A stretch of 64,000 nt of DNA from Candidatus Sericytochromatia bacterium. Lineage in GTDB: Bacteria; Cyanobacteriota; Sericytochromatia; S15B-MN24; VGJW01. Numbering within the stretch: position 1 is the first letter of the stretch; each line of letters begins with the position of its first letter. Positions 48,479 through 58,649 of this stretch are shown here, in pieces. Under the pieces are notes generated by a model. That model searched no databases, had not been told where the DNA came from, and was given only the letters and a program-made list of their open reading frames with translations. The translations under genes and the position numbers were made by a program. The DNA lies in contig JAYKHS010000005.1 in assembly GCA_035285865.1 (NCBI GenBank), positions 32,001 through 96,000 of the forward strand. Direction: 5' to 3'.

Positions 48479-49243
48479 ATGGCTACCGCTCACCTGATGC
48501 CGATCGACAGTGGCAGGCTGTCGGCGCGCAAGCTTCGGGCGCCGTCCGCACAGGGTCATGAGCGCCCGGGACGCGGACCGGCATTTGCCTACGTGCTGCA
48601 GCCTCAGGACACCCTGTATGCGGTGGCCCGCGCCAGTGGCGTTCCCTTGGCAGAGTTGATGCGTCGCAACCCGTCCATCCAGGGGGCGACGCCGCGCCCC
48701 GGTGAGCGCCTGTGGATCCCCGATCTTCTCCCGGCTTCTGCAGGTGATCCGGTCACGTCTCTGGCGGCTCGCGTCGCGGCAGGTGGCGAAATTCGCATCT
48801 CCCCGGATCGGCGCTTCGTCGCGGTCCTCGATGCCACTTTGGCGGACAGGCCCAATGCCGTCACGGTCTACGAGCGCAAGGCGGCCCGTCGCCTTGCGGT
48901 TCCGCAGGCGGCCCCCCACTACATCTGGAAGCGCCTTTCGTGGACGCCAGACGGCTATCTGCTGGCCATCGAGGGCTCGCGGCAGACCCGGGATGCCGAA
49001 GGCGGCGTCCTGTCGGCATTCGACCCCGTCACCGCGGACAAGGGCGTGCTGCTGACGCCACAGTTGGCCTTGGCTGACCTGGAGTCGGAGGGTTTCGACC
49101 CGGCCCTTGCCGAGGTTGTCGGCTTCAAGCCGGTAAAGCGGCGCATCCAGTATCGGCTCGCGTTCATCGAACAGGGTGAGCGGCAGCTTCGGCACAGCGA
49201 CTGGGAAGTCGATCTGGACAGCGGAATCCGCCGGCGGATCTGA
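48479..49243 (+). CDS. LysM domain protein without obvious signal peptide
   Basis: YVLQPQDTLYAVAR..ELMRRNP..PGERLWIP; SD AGGAGG. Confidence 0.8.
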   Translation: MATAHLMPIDSGRLSARKLRAPSAQGHERPGRGPAFAYVLQPQDTLYAVARASGVPLAELMRRNPSIQGATPRPGERLWIPDLLPASAGDPVTSLAARVAAGGEIRISPDRRFVAVLDATLADRPNAVTVYERKAARRLAVPQAAPHYIWKRLSWTPDGYLLAIEGSRQTRDAEGGVLSAFDPVTADKGVLLTPQLALADLESEGFDPALAEVVGFKPVKRRIQYRLAFIEQGERQLRHSDWEVDLDSGIRRRI

Positions 49244-49277
49244 CATCCGGCGACCCGGCTCGTTTCTTGCGGGGGCC

Positions 49278-50630
49278 TCAACCTTCCAGGTCGAGGCCCT
49301 CGATCACGAGTGCCGGGCAGCGGACGCATCCGAGAAAGCTGGACTGGATCAGGGTTTCGCTCCCGATGGCGACCACGCCCTTGAGCACGTCGAGGATGCT
49401 CTGCGTGAAGCGGGCGTTGCGCAAGGCCCCGACGATCCGGCCCCCGCGGACCTCCAGCACGCCGTCGCGCGTCAGGCCCGTGATGCGCGTGGACCGTGGA
49501 TCCAGCACCGAAGTGTAGTGAAACCGGGTGATGAGCAATCCGTCGCCAAGCGCCTGGAGCATCGCCTCGCGGTCGGTCGGTCCCGCAAGCATGTCCAGGT
49601 GCATCGGGAATGGACCATAGGGATTGGGCGGCGGCAGGGCGTGCCCCGTCGAGGAGCGGCCGGATCGGAACGCCGAGCGGGCATCGTGCACGCAGTCTCC
49701 GGCCATTCCCGCCCTCAGCAGGTCCACCTGCTGCTTCGGTACCCCCTCGTGATCGAAGGGCAGTGCAGGCATCAGGGGATCGAGGCCATTGTCCCGAAGC
49801 GTCACGCAGCGCGCGACGACCGGGTCGCTACCCGGCGATACCAGAAATGAGGTGCCCTGGGCGACGGCCGTGGCCCCGAAGCTCGTAAAGGCCAGCATCG
49901 TGAGCAGGTCGGCCACGGCATAGGGCTCCAGCATGACCCGATGGCGCCCGGCGAGCGGTATCGCCGTGGGATGGCCTGCAAGGGTCCGCGCAAGCGCCTC
50001 CTTCGCGAGTCGTTCGGGCACGACGGTCCGGTGATCGGGCGTCAAGCGCGCGGCGTATCCGCTGGCCTCTTTCCTTTCGGTGACGACGGACCACTCCGCG
50101 CGGGATCCCGCGTGATGCGCCCAAACGCCCCGGGAGTTGCGGACGGCGACGACCCGGCATTCCGTGGCGTGGTGTCCCGAGGCTTCGCTGCCTGAACCCG
50201 TGACGACCGCCATCAAGCGTCGTATGGCGTCCTCGCGCTCCTCGGGCGTGACATGCAAGGTGGCCGGGTGGCATGTGGCGGGGATGGGCGACCAAGGCAG
50301 GGGTTGCGCAAGGCCCGGGAAGCCCGGGTCCGGTGGCTGTGCGGCGGCCATGGCTACCGCTCGGTGCGTCACGCGTTCGAGGCCGATCCGAGTCAGGTCC
50401 GTCGTGGTCGCGACGCCGACACTGCGGCCACGAATCGCGCGGACCCTGACTTCGAGGGAGCGTTCGCCCGTGTGCTGCAGGATGTTGCCCCGGCTGAACC
50501 GGGCCAGTTGCTGGTCGGTGCCCATGACGACGATCTCGGCCTCGTCTGCGTGGCACATGTCGATCGCCTCGGCCGTCAAGGTGGACAGCGTGGCCTCATC
50601 CCAGCCGTTCAGGGGGTCTTGCGTGGTCAT
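49278..50630 (-). CDS. pmbA: TldE/PmbA family protein
   Basis: PFDHEGVP, STGHA, TGLTRDG; paired with tldD. Confidence 0.85.
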   Translation of the reverse strand: MTTQDPLNGWDEATLSTLTAEAIDMCHADEAEIVVMGTDQQLARFSRGNILQHTGERSLEVRVRAIRGRSVGVATTTDLTRIGLERVTHRAVAMAAAQPPDPGFPGLAQPLPWSPIPATCHPATLHVTPEEREDAIRRLMAVVTGSGSEASGHHATECRVVAVRNSRGVWAHHAGSRAEWSVVTERKEASGYAARLTPDHRTVVPERLAKEALARTLAGHPTAIPLAGRHRVMLEPYAVADLLTMLAFTSFGATAVAQGTSFLVSPGSDPVVARCVTLRDNGLDPLMPALPFDHEGVPKQQVDLLRAGMAGDCVHDARSAFRSGRSSTGHALPPPNPYGPFPMHLDMLAGPTDREAMLQALGDGLLITRFHYTSVLDPRSTRITGLTRDGVLEVRGGRIVGALRNARFTQSILDVLKGVVAIGSETLIQSSFLGCVRCPALVIEGLDLEG

Positions 50631-52066
50631 GGCCCGACCTTGACGTTCCGGAATCGCGCAGCGGGCGTGCCGTGGCTCACGCGTGCGAACTGGCGGGGTT
50701 GGCCTTTGCCGCAATGGGGCACGGACCAGAGCGACCATGTTCCCGGTCCACCCAGAGCATCAAGAGACCGCCAGAAGTCCTGTGTGCGTCCCTGATAGCT
50801 CGGCCGGGAAAGGATTCGGCCCAGCCGGCCCTTGCGGATTTCCCACGCGATCTCCGTGCCGAACCTGAAGTTTTCCCGTCGGTCATCGATGGACCACGAC
50901 TGGTTGGTGGCCATGTAGACACCTTCGTCCACGTCCGCGATCAGGGCCTCGAGGTCGGGATGGGTCCCTGGCTCCAGATGGATGTTGGGCATTCGGATCA
51001 GGGGCAGGCGTTGCCAGCCTGCCGCCCGGGCCACGCCACCGGGCACAAGGCCGGACAGGGCGGCGGTTTCGCGGTTGCTCAGCAGGCCTGAGAGCCGTCC
51101 TTCGATGAAGAGCGGAAATCGGGTCGCCGGCACACCCTCGTCGTCGAAGCCGTAGGTGCCGAGGCCCCCGGGGGTCGTTGCATCGGCCCAGACGTGGACC
51201 AGAGGGCTGCCGAGGTCGAGGAGACCAACGTCGTCAGGGCCGATGAAACTGCCTCCTGCGAACGAGACCTCATGGCCCAGGATGCGGTCGTGCTCTACGG
51301 CATGGGCGAGGGATTCGTGCAATTGGATGGCCATTTGCGAGCCATCGAGGACCAGTGTGGTCCTGCCGTCCGGCAGCACGGGCGCCGTGCAGAGCCGGAC
51401 GGCCTCTTCGGCGATGCGCGGTGCAGCGGCAGGCAGGTCGAGGTCGAGGACGCGTTCGAAGCCACCGGTCCAGCCGTGATGGCCGCGGGCATCCGGGTAC
51501 GACCGTGCCGCAGACTGCCCGTCCACCTCGGCTCGAGCCTCGAGTGCACAGGCCGTTTCCGTCAGCGTCTGCTCCACCCAGGCCCCTTCCGTACTCCCGA
51601 AGACTTTGTGGTGCCGGTCCCAGGCCAACATCGCCTGACGGACCCGGATGTTCGGTACGGCGGCCATCGCGGCGTCGGCCGAGGCGATCAGGGCCAGCTT
51701 CTCCTCGAGCGGTACGGTGAAGGGGTCGATCGCGAAGGGTGTATGGAAGTGTCCGCGGCTGCGCACCGAGGCACCGAGGGATACGGCGCGGCGGCTTGCC
51801 TGAGCGGATGCCCGCGCGATGGCGATGGCTCGGGCCGTGGCGGCCTCGACCTCGGCCCGACGCAGGTCCGAGGTGGCCGCAAAGCCCCAAGCGTGGCCTA
51901 CGAGCACCCGTATCCCCAGGCCGACGCTCTCTTCCGACGAAAGACGCGTCACATCTCCGTTGACCATGGTGATCGTCTCGGACTGGGTCCGGACGAACCT
52001 GCCATCGGCGTAGGTGACCCGTTCTGCGGCGCACGTATCGAGACACCACTCCAGGACCTCGCGCAT
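50627..52066 (-). CDS. tldD: TldD metalloprotease
   Basis: LHESLAHAVEHD, FDDEG, RMPN, CGKGQP. Confidence 0.92.
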   Translation of the reverse strand: MREVLEWCLDTCAAERVTYADGRFVRTQSETITMVNGDVTRLSSEESVGLGIRVLVGHAWGFAATSDLRRAEVEAATARAIAIARASAQASRRAVSLGASVRSRGHFHTPFAIDPFTVPLEEKLALIASADAAMAAVPNIRVRQAMLAWDRHHKVFGSTEGAWVEQTLTETACALEARAEVDGQSAARSYPDARGHHGWTGGFERVLDLDLPAAAPRIAEEAVRLCTAPVLPDGRTTLVLDGSQMAIQLHESLAHAVEHDRILGHEVSFAGGSFIGPDDVGLLDLGSPLVHVWADATTPGGLGTYGFDDEGVPATRFPLFIEGRLSGLLSNRETAALSGLVPGGVARAAGWQRLPLIRMPNIHLEPGTHPDLEALIADVDEGVYMATNQSWSIDDRRENFRFGTEIAWEIRKGRLGRILSRPSYQGRTQDFWRSLDALGGPGTWSLWSVPHCGKGQPRQFARVSHGTPAARFRNVKVGP

Positions 52067-52124
52067 GGTCCCTATCCTACCCCGTGGCTCCGGGCGCAGG
52101 CGTGCCTTTGTTACAATGGACCCC

Positions 52125-53048
52125 ATGGCCGATCCTGCTTCGCTCGCTGCCGCCGACGTCCTCGTCAAGGTCACGGCCGCTGACGAACGCATCCGGGTCC
52201 TGGTCGTGCGCTGCACGGGTGTTGTCAATGAGGCACATCGTCGGCATCAGACCTCGCCGCTGGCATCGGTGGCGCTGGGTCGGGCCCTTGCGGGGGGCCT
52301 GTTGCTGTCGGCCGCCCTGATGAAGGATCAGGGACGCCTGACCATCCGTGTCGTCGGCAAGGGGCCATTGGGCGGCATTCTGGTCGATGCCGGGCATGAC
52401 GGTTCGGTCCGCGGCTACGTGGCCCATCCCGACGTGGATCTGCCTCTGACTGACGGTGGTCTGCTGGCCGTGGGGCAGGCCGTGGGGCGTGACGGCTTCA
52501 TGTATGTCACGCATGACTCGGGCGAGGCGACATACACGGGTGTCGTCGAACTGGTCTCCGGTGAACTCGGCGATGACTTCACCCATTACCTCGCTCACTC
52601 CGAGCAGATACCCGCGGCGGTGTCTCTGGGTACGCAGGTTTCCGGCGAGGGCGAGATCGATGTCGCCGGCGGCTTGCTGGTGCAGTTGCTTCCCGGCGCG
52701 GGCGACGAGATTGCGTGGCGACTAGAGCAGAACGTCAAGGCCATGCCGCCCTTCAGCCATCTGGCGCGCTCTGGTGCCGATCCTTACGAGATCGCCCTCG
52801 CGGCGCTGGGCGGATTCAATGCCACGCTGGTTTCCCGTCAGGATGTCCGTTTCCATTGCCAGTGCTCCGAAGAGCGCGTGCACCGGGCCTTGGCCTCGCT
52901 GGGGGCCGCCGAGATCGAGGCGATGATCGCGGAAGACGGGAAGGCCGAAGTACGCTGCCACTTCTGCAACATGCACTACCAACTCTCCGCCGAACAACTT
53001 GGTGCGCTTGCTGCCAGCCTCGTGTCCGGGGACGATGACGCGCCCTGA
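52125..53048 (+). CDS. hslO: Redox-regulated chaperone Hsp33
   Basis: HQTSPLA, SEQIP, CQCS..EVRCHFC. Confidence 0.95.
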   Translation: MADPASLAAADVLVKVTAADERIRVLVVRCTGVVNEAHRRHQTSPLASVALGRALAGGLLLSAALMKDQGRLTIRVVGKGPLGGILVDAGHDGSVRGYVAHPDVDLPLTDGGLLAVGQAVGRDGFMYVTHDSGEATYTGVVELVSGELGDDFTHYLAHSEQIPAAVSLGTQVSGEGEIDVAGGLLVQLLPGAGDEIAWRLEQNVKAMPPFSHLARSGADPYEIALAALGGFNATLVSRQDVRFHCQCSEERVHRALASLGAAEIEAMIAEDGKAEVRCHFCNMHYQLSAEQLGALAASLVSGDDDAP

Positions 53049-53739
53049 GGCGCCTCGGGGCATCTGCCTCGTCGGAAACACGCACGTCCGGACCTTCCGG
53101 GTGCGGGGCGGGGCGCTGGAACCTGTCGCGGCACTGCCCACGGCTACCCTTCTGTCCGGGGCCCCCGCGCGAGATCTGGCGCTTGATGCGGGCTTTGTCG
53201 GTGTCTCGGTGGTGCCCGCCGTGGAGCGATTGCCCGCGCTCGCCGATGTCACGTGGCTCAGGGCGACGCAGTCGCCGATGCCGCTTCGCTATGCCGAGCC
53301 CGAGACGCTCGGGACGGATCGCCTCGCGGCTGCCTGGGGCGCGTGGTGTCTGCTTGGGGGACCGGTGCTGGTGGTCGATGTCGGCACGGCCACAACGTTG
53401 TCGCTGGTGGGGGGCGACGGGGTGTTCGAGGGGGGGGCAATCACGCTTGGCGTGGGGGCCACGCTCGAGGCCCTCGGCCATCGAGGAGCGCGGTTGCCGG
53501 TCGTCACCGCAGGGCTCCCCGAACAGGGTCCCGCGCGGGATACCGAGGCGGCCATCCGTCAGGGCGTCGTCCGCGGGCATGCCCACCTCATTGTCGGCCT
53601 CGCCGGTGAACTGGCTCCCGGAGTGCCGCGCGTTCTGACGGGCGGAGCTGCCACGTTGTTGCGGCCCCTGTTGCCCGGGTTTCTGCACGTCCCTGATTTG
53701 CAGGCCCGAGGCGCCCTTGCGTGGGCCTGTGCTCGATGA
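53035..53739 (+). CDS. coaX: Type III pantothenate kinase
   Basis: VGNT, LGTDR, VVDVGTATT, GGAI, LTGG. Confidence 0.88.
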   Translation: MTRPEAPRGICLVGNTHVRTFRVRGGALEPVAALPTATLLSGAPARDLALDAGFVGVSVVPAVERLPALADVTWLRATQSPMPLRYAEPETLGTDRLAAAWGAWCLLGGPVLVVDVGTATTLSLVGGDGVFEGGAITLGVGATLEALGHRGARLPVVTAGLPEQGPARDTEAAIRQGVVRGHAHLIVGLAGELAPGVPRVLTGGAATLLRPLLPGFLHVPDLQARGALAWACAR

Positions 53740-54194
53740 GTGGCGATTCCTCGGAGGGTTCGTTGCGGGCGCATCACGTCATGTGCGTCACGACGTTTGC
53801 GGGCAAGGGCTATTCGCCTGGCTTCGTGCAGGAGATGACGCGTGTATGGCGCGGCATCCGCGCGGGCGAGGTGCAGCGGGTGCGGGTCACGGCCGAGGCC
53901 GACCCGGTCTGCGGGGCCTGCCCGCATCTGCAGGATGCGGAAGATCCGCGCAGCTGCCGGTTCCACGCCTCGACTTCGTCACGCGACCATCGCATGCTCG
54001 CGACCATGGGCTGGACCGAAGGTCAGGAAATCGATCTGGTCCAGGCACTCGACGTGGTGCATGAACAACACGCGAGTTTGATGGAGCAGGTCTGCACGGG
54101 ATGCAACTGGGTGTCCATCTGCTCTGCTCGGCGCTTCACGCTGCGTGAGCCGGGCTTTGATCCCCTCGAAGGTGAGGGGCCGGAGCGCGCCTGA
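53736..54194 (+). CDS. DUF1284 family Cys-rich protein
   Basis: LRAHHVMC..GKGYSPGF, DPVCGACP, CTGCNW..C. Confidence 0.85.
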   Translation: MSGDSSEGSLRAHHVMCVTTFAGKGYSPGFVQEMTRVWRGIRAGEVQRVRVTAEADPVCGACPHLQDAEDPRSCRFHASTSSRDHRMLATMGWTEGQEIDLVQALDVVHEQHASLMEQVCTGCNWVSICSARRFTLREPGFDPLEGEGPERA

Positions 54195-55511
54195 TCAGGC
54201 TTCCCCGGGCAGACGCAGCTTCTGGCCGGGATAGATCAGCTCGGGACGCGCGATGAGGTCCCGGTTCATCCGGTACAGGGTGCGCCAACGCTTGCCGGAA
54301 CCGAGATGCTTGCGCGCCAGGACCCATAGGCTGTCTCCACGACGGACCCGGATGGTCCCGTGGCCTGCCGCGTGATGCGTCACATGACCCGCGTCGCCAG
54401 ATGTCTCGAGCGTAAGGACCTGACCGACGCGCAGGCGGGCCGGACTTGGCACGGCCGCGCGATTGGCCGCCCACAGCGTCCGCCAACGCTCGCCGGAACC
54501 AAGGTGGGTGGCAGCGAGGCCCCAGAGCGTGTCGCCGGTCTTGACCGTGATGACACCCTTGCCGCCGGCATGGTGGTCCGCTGCAGCGTGTGCAGCAGGT
54601 GCGTCGTGGTGGGCTGTTGGTGCGGCATCGTGAGCCGCAGGAGCCTCGTGATGTTCCGGCGCGTCGTGGTGTGCAGGGGCCGCCTTGTGTGCGGCAGGCG
54701 CGTCGTGATGGGCAGGCGCCTCACCGTGGGGTGCCTGAGCCCCGTGTGCGACGGCCTTCTGCTCAACCACCTCGTGTTCGGCCGGGCGCGGGCGCTTCGC
54801 AACCTTGCGGGGGGCAGGCGTGGGCGAGGGGAAATGCACCTTGATGGCGGTCGCTCCGTGGTGATCGTCCCCGGCATGGGCATCTTTGGGAGCGGCGTGT
54901 GCATCGTGGTGTTCGCCCGACTTGGCAGCATGCGCGTCGTGACGGGCTTCATGCTGTGCTGCCTGGGCAGGCGCGGCTGCGGCATCGGGTACCAGCCCGA
55001 TGAAGACCGTCGTGCCGGGCCTGGTCCGGTTGAGGCGCTTTCTGGTGAGGCTTCGGTAGCCCGTGCCTTCGAGCTGGATCTCGCCACCGCCCAACTGGCC
55101 GACGGGCAGCGAGAGACGCCCGTCCTGGCCGGTGGTGCCCAGAACCTTGCCGCCCGCACCGAGTACCCTGATCCCGGCAAGCGGTTGGCTTGAGGAGGCA
55201 TCGGAAACGCTCAGCGTCACGGACGCATCGTGTGCGCCGGTTTCGGCGTGGGCAGAGTCCTGATGCGCCCCACCGCCTGCGTGGTGCTCTTCGGCCAGAG
55301 CTGAAGCCGGCCAAGCGACCGTGGCGGCCAGCACGGCCACGGCTTCGGGCCGAAGACGATGTCGGCGCTTCGGGGCTGCACCCGGCCACAGATCGTGGTC
55401 CCTGAGGGCTTCCGCCAAGGAGGCGCTGTCCAGATGCTGGCGGTCAACTACCGTATCCAGCAAACGGAAAGCCCAGAAAAGATCGTCGTCTTGGTGATCG
55501 GGAGCACGCAT
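54195..55511 (-). CDS. Secreted protein with His/Ala-rich repeats and two C-terminal LysM domains
   Basis: VKTGDTLWGLA..LRVGQVL; VRRGDSLW..IYPGQKL; HHDAP repeats. Confidence 0.88.
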   Translation of the reverse strand: MRAPDHQDDDLFWAFRLLDTVVDRQHLDSASLAEALRDHDLWPGAAPKRRHRLRPEAVAVLAATVAWPASALAEEHHAGGGAHQDSAHAETGAHDASVTLSVSDASSSQPLAGIRVLGAGGKVLGTTGQDGRLSLPVGQLGGGEIQLEGTGYRSLTRKRLNRTRPGTTVFIGLVPDAAAAPAQAAQHEARHDAHAAKSGEHHDAHAAPKDAHAGDDHHGATAIKVHFPSPTPAPRKVAKRPRPAEHEVVEQKAVAHGAQAPHGEAPAHHDAPAAHKAAPAHHDAPEHHEAPAAHDAAPTAHHDAPAAHAAADHHAGGKGVITVKTGDTLWGLAATHLGSGERWRTLWAANRAAVPSPARLRVGQVLTLETSGDAGHVTHHAAGHGTIRVRRGDSLWVLARKHLGSGKRWRTLYRMNRDLIARPELIYPGQKLRLPGEA

Positions 55512-55580
55512 GGCGGGCAGTATACCCCTCGGGCAGTCGGGCGGGCAACCTGCGGAGAGCAGGCGGCCGGCCGTGGTCCT

Positions 55581-56528
55581 TCAGAGCAGCTTGCCGTAGG
55601 TGTGCAGGCCTGTGGCGAGGTAGTTCACGCCCAGATAGGTGATCAGCACCGACACGAATCCGGCGACGGCAAACCAGGCTGCCTTGGCACCCTGCCAGTC
55701 CCGCGACATCCGCGCGTGGAGGTAGGCCGCATAAACCAACCAGGTGATGAGCGCCCACGTTTCCTTGGGGTCCCAGCTCCAGTAGGTCCCCCATGCGTGG
55801 TTCGCCCAGAGGCCACCGGTGATGATCCCGAAGGCGAGGATCGGGAAGCCCAGCATGATCAGCCTGTAGGTCAGCTCGTCCAGCAGGTCCATGAGGGCGG
55901 AGTGGTTGTTCGGCTGCTGAGCGGCCATGGCACCGATGGAGCGCGGTTGCGCGAAGGCGTTGCGGTAGTGGAAGAACAGATAGAGCGTCGCCGCGACGAA
56001 GGACAGCGCAAAGGCCGCATAGCTGATCAGCATCAGCGTGACGTGGATCTTGATCCAGTAGCTCTGGAGGGAGGGCACCAGCGGTGATGCGTCTCGCAGG
56101 CGGGGCGGCAGCAGGGAGGCCAGCGAGATGATGATCGTGACGAGGCCGGCGGATACCAGACCGAAGCCCGGAGCCTTGTACACCCGGTCGATGACCAGAT
56201 GCAGCGCCAGGATCGCGAAGACCACGAACATCACGGACTCGAAGAGGTTGGAGAGCGGCCAGTAATGCGGGTCGATGCGGACCATGTAGACATAGCGATC
56301 GACGAGTTGTCCCAGCGAAGTCAGGGCGGCGAGGCCCATCAGGCCTTGGCCGATGCGACCGGGGACGGACTTGCCCGTCGCCCAGCGCACGATGAATGCC
56401 AGCGTCGCCAGGCCCGTGAGGACCAGCGTGGCGAGGACCAGTCGGCCATCCAGGATGACCATCCAATTCTGGGGGTCGATCAGACCGGTCGCCTGGCGGT
56501 CCAGTGACGAGAATTCGTTGCCGTTCAA
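55581..56528 (-). CDS. ccsA: System II cytochrome c biogenesis heme transporter CcsA/ResC
   Basis: PLSNLFES, LVPSLQSYW..IHV, WANHAWGTYWSWDPKETW, GLHTY; TTG start overlapping ccs1 stop. Confidence 0.95.
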   Translation of the reverse strand: MNGNEFSSLDRQATGLIDPQNWMVILDGRLVLATLVLTGLATLAFIVRWATGKSVPGRIGQGLMGLAALTSLGQLVDRYVYMVRIDPHYWPLSNLFESVMFVVFAILALHLVIDRVYKAPGFGLVSAGLVTIIISLASLLPPRLRDASPLVPSLQSYWIKIHVTLMLISYAAFALSFVAATLYLFFHYRNAFAQPRSIGAMAAQQPNNHSALMDLLDELTYRLIMLGFPILAFGIITGGLWANHAWGTYWSWDPKETWALITWLVYAAYLHARMSRDWQGAKAAWFAVAGFVSVLITYLGVNYLATGLHTYGKLL

Positions 56529-58486
56529 GCCGCTGCTCCTTGGTTGTTTGGGGACTGGGGCAGCAGTTCGCCGCCTTGTCCCGTGAAGAGACGCTCCAGA
56601 TGCCGTCGGAAGGTGAATCGGCCGCGATTGACCTTGGCCCCCACCCTGCAACCCTGTTCCTGGGCCGTGATCCAGAGTTGCTCGTGGTTGAACAGGCCCA
56701 TCATCGTGCCAAGGATGACGATCAGGAAACCGGCATAGATGACGGGCAGGCCCGGATCGGTCTTGGTCTGCAGGCCCGAGAACCAAACGGGGCCATCCCA
56801 GCGGACCTTGGTGATGCCGATGTCGGTTCTTTCGCCGGGGCGCATCACGGCCAGTGCCGTGCCCTCGCGGGCATCCATGATCCACAGTGGGGAGCCCGGC
56901 GGCTCGGAAGCCTGCATCAGGACCACGTTCCGGCCACCGATCTCCACGGGGTCCGAGGCCGCGCCTTCGACGCGGAAGCCGGTCTTCTCGAGTTCGATCA
57001 TCCGGAGGACCTGCGCTTCGCCGTCGATGACGAGTTCTGTCGCGACAGGGCCGCCGCCGGCAGGATCGTCGTCGGTGCCCGCGAAGCGGACGTCCACGCC
57101 ACCGAAGGCCTTGTGGGCCCCGGGAGCAAGCGTGCCCAGAGAGGCGATCGAGTCGAGGTCCACGATCTGGATGGGCTGATCCGGACCGGGCACGAACAGG
57201 AAGACTTTGCGGGAGCCGAACTCGAGCTGCCGCGTGATGTACCCCTGCATCTTGAATCGGCTCGCGGACTCGACGGGCACGGTCCGGGACTTGCCGCCAA
57301 TCACGAGGCGGACCGATGCGACTCCGGGACGGGACAGCACACGCCGGACGGCGACGGAGTGTCCGTTCGTCTGCAGCGGGCGTCCGGGTTTGGCGTCGCC
57401 GACGTAGCCCAGCATCGGGAAGGTCAGGATTTCGAAATGATCGCCTTTGCCCGGGTTGTAGCCGAAGACCTGCTGCTTGCCCAGTGTGAAGCGCTGGGTG
57501 ATGAAGCCCTGCAGTTTGGTGGATGAGGCCTGATTGGCCAGGACCACGCGGGATTCTATGCCGCGGGCAACCGTCAGAATCTCGGCCCCGATGCCATAAA
57601 AGGACTGATAGTAGGTGGTGCCCTTGTATTCCAGAGGCTCGTTCACCTTGATGGTGCGGCTGAGCACGGGCTTGTCGTCCTCGACAATCGACAGCGTCGA
57701 GTAGAACTGCTTGACGCTGCCGTCCGGGTAACGCGTCGTCCAGAACTTGTCGAGACGCACGCGGAAGTCATCGGGAAGCGGGGTGAGTCGCCCCCGCGTG
57801 CGGGCATCCTCGAAGGCCTTGCGTGCCGGCATGGATTCGCCGGGCAGCAGGGGGAAGCTGTGCTTGTAGCCGGTCAGTCCGGCGGTGATGCCACCGATCA
57901 GGATCATGAAGAGTCCCAGGTGGACCACCATCGCGGCAAATCGGAACAGCCGGTTGCGGTCGGCGACGAAGCCTTCCTTGGCTGGGAAGACACGGTAGCC
58001 GCGGCGTCGCAGCGTCTCCGCGACCTGATTTGCGGTGGTGTCGGCGAACCGCAACTGATCGGGCATGTGGTCCCGCGCGGGGATCGGCAGATCTCTGGGG
58101 CGTGCCAGCGCGAATCGCAGCCTGGGCCAAACCCGTACCCACGTGCACACGGCGAGGTTCAGGAAGAACAGTCCGAGCAACGTCAGGTACCAGGCCGAGT
58201 AGTAGACGTTGTAGGCCTGGATCGAGATGAGGAACTCGCGCGTCCGGAGCGACATCTCCTCGAGGGCGAGGACGTCCTCTGGGCCACCTTGGGGCACGAT
58301 GGTGCCCAATGTCGAGGCGGCAGCGATCGCGCAGATCAGCACGACCGCAAGCTTGATGCTGGCCCAGAAGGTGACGAACCCGTTGCGGAAGCGGACCCAC
58401 GCTTCGGGGCCGCGGATTTCGGCGAGTTGGTCCCGATCGAGCAGGGTAGCTTCGTCCGCGGTGGGCGTGGCAGGGCCGTCGGCCAT
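56525..58486 (-). CDS. ccs1: System II cytochrome c biogenesis protein Ccs1/ResB (expanded)
   Basis: GTIVPQ, VYYSAWY, VVHLG, VNEPL, SGLQTKTDPG. Confidence 0.92.
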   Translation of the reverse strand: MADGPATPTADEATLLDRDQLAEIRGPEAWVRFRNGFVTFWASIKLAVVLICAIAAASTLGTIVPQGGPEDVLALEEMSLRTREFLISIQAYNVYYSAWYLTLLGLFFLNLAVCTWVRVWPRLRFALARPRDLPIPARDHMPDQLRFADTTANQVAETLRRRGYRVFPAKEGFVADRNRLFRFAAMVVHLGLFMILIGGITAGLTGYKHSFPLLPGESMPARKAFEDARTRGRLTPLPDDFRVRLDKFWTTRYPDGSVKQFYSTLSIVEDDKPVLSRTIKVNEPLEYKGTTYYQSFYGIGAEILTVARGIESRVVLANQASSTKLQGFITQRFTLGKQQVFGYNPGKGDHFEILTFPMLGYVGDAKPGRPLQTNGHSVAVRRVLSRPGVASVRLVIGGKSRTVPVESASRFKMQGYITRQLEFGSRKVFLFVPGPDQPIQIVDLDSIASLGTLAPGAHKAFGGVDVRFAGTDDDPAGGGPVATELVIDGEAQVLRMIELEKTGFRVEGAASDPVEIGGRNVVLMQASEPPGSPLWIMDAREGTALAVMRPGERTDIGITKVRWDGPVWFSGLQTKTDPGLPVIYAGFLIVILGTMMGLFNHEQLWITAQEQGCRVGAKVNRGRFTFRRHLERLFTGQGGELLPQSPNNQGAAA

Positions 58487-58649
58487 GGGCTTGATTCCGG
58501 AAAAGTTCAGACAAAGGGCGCAGACAGGCAGTTTCAGGATACCATGGGAGACATCCTGCCCGGCATGCGGTTTCCTGCGGACGACGGAGTCGTCCGGTTC
58601 ATCCTATAATCCTTATCTAGCGGTCTTCCGACCGTCACCCTAACCATTC

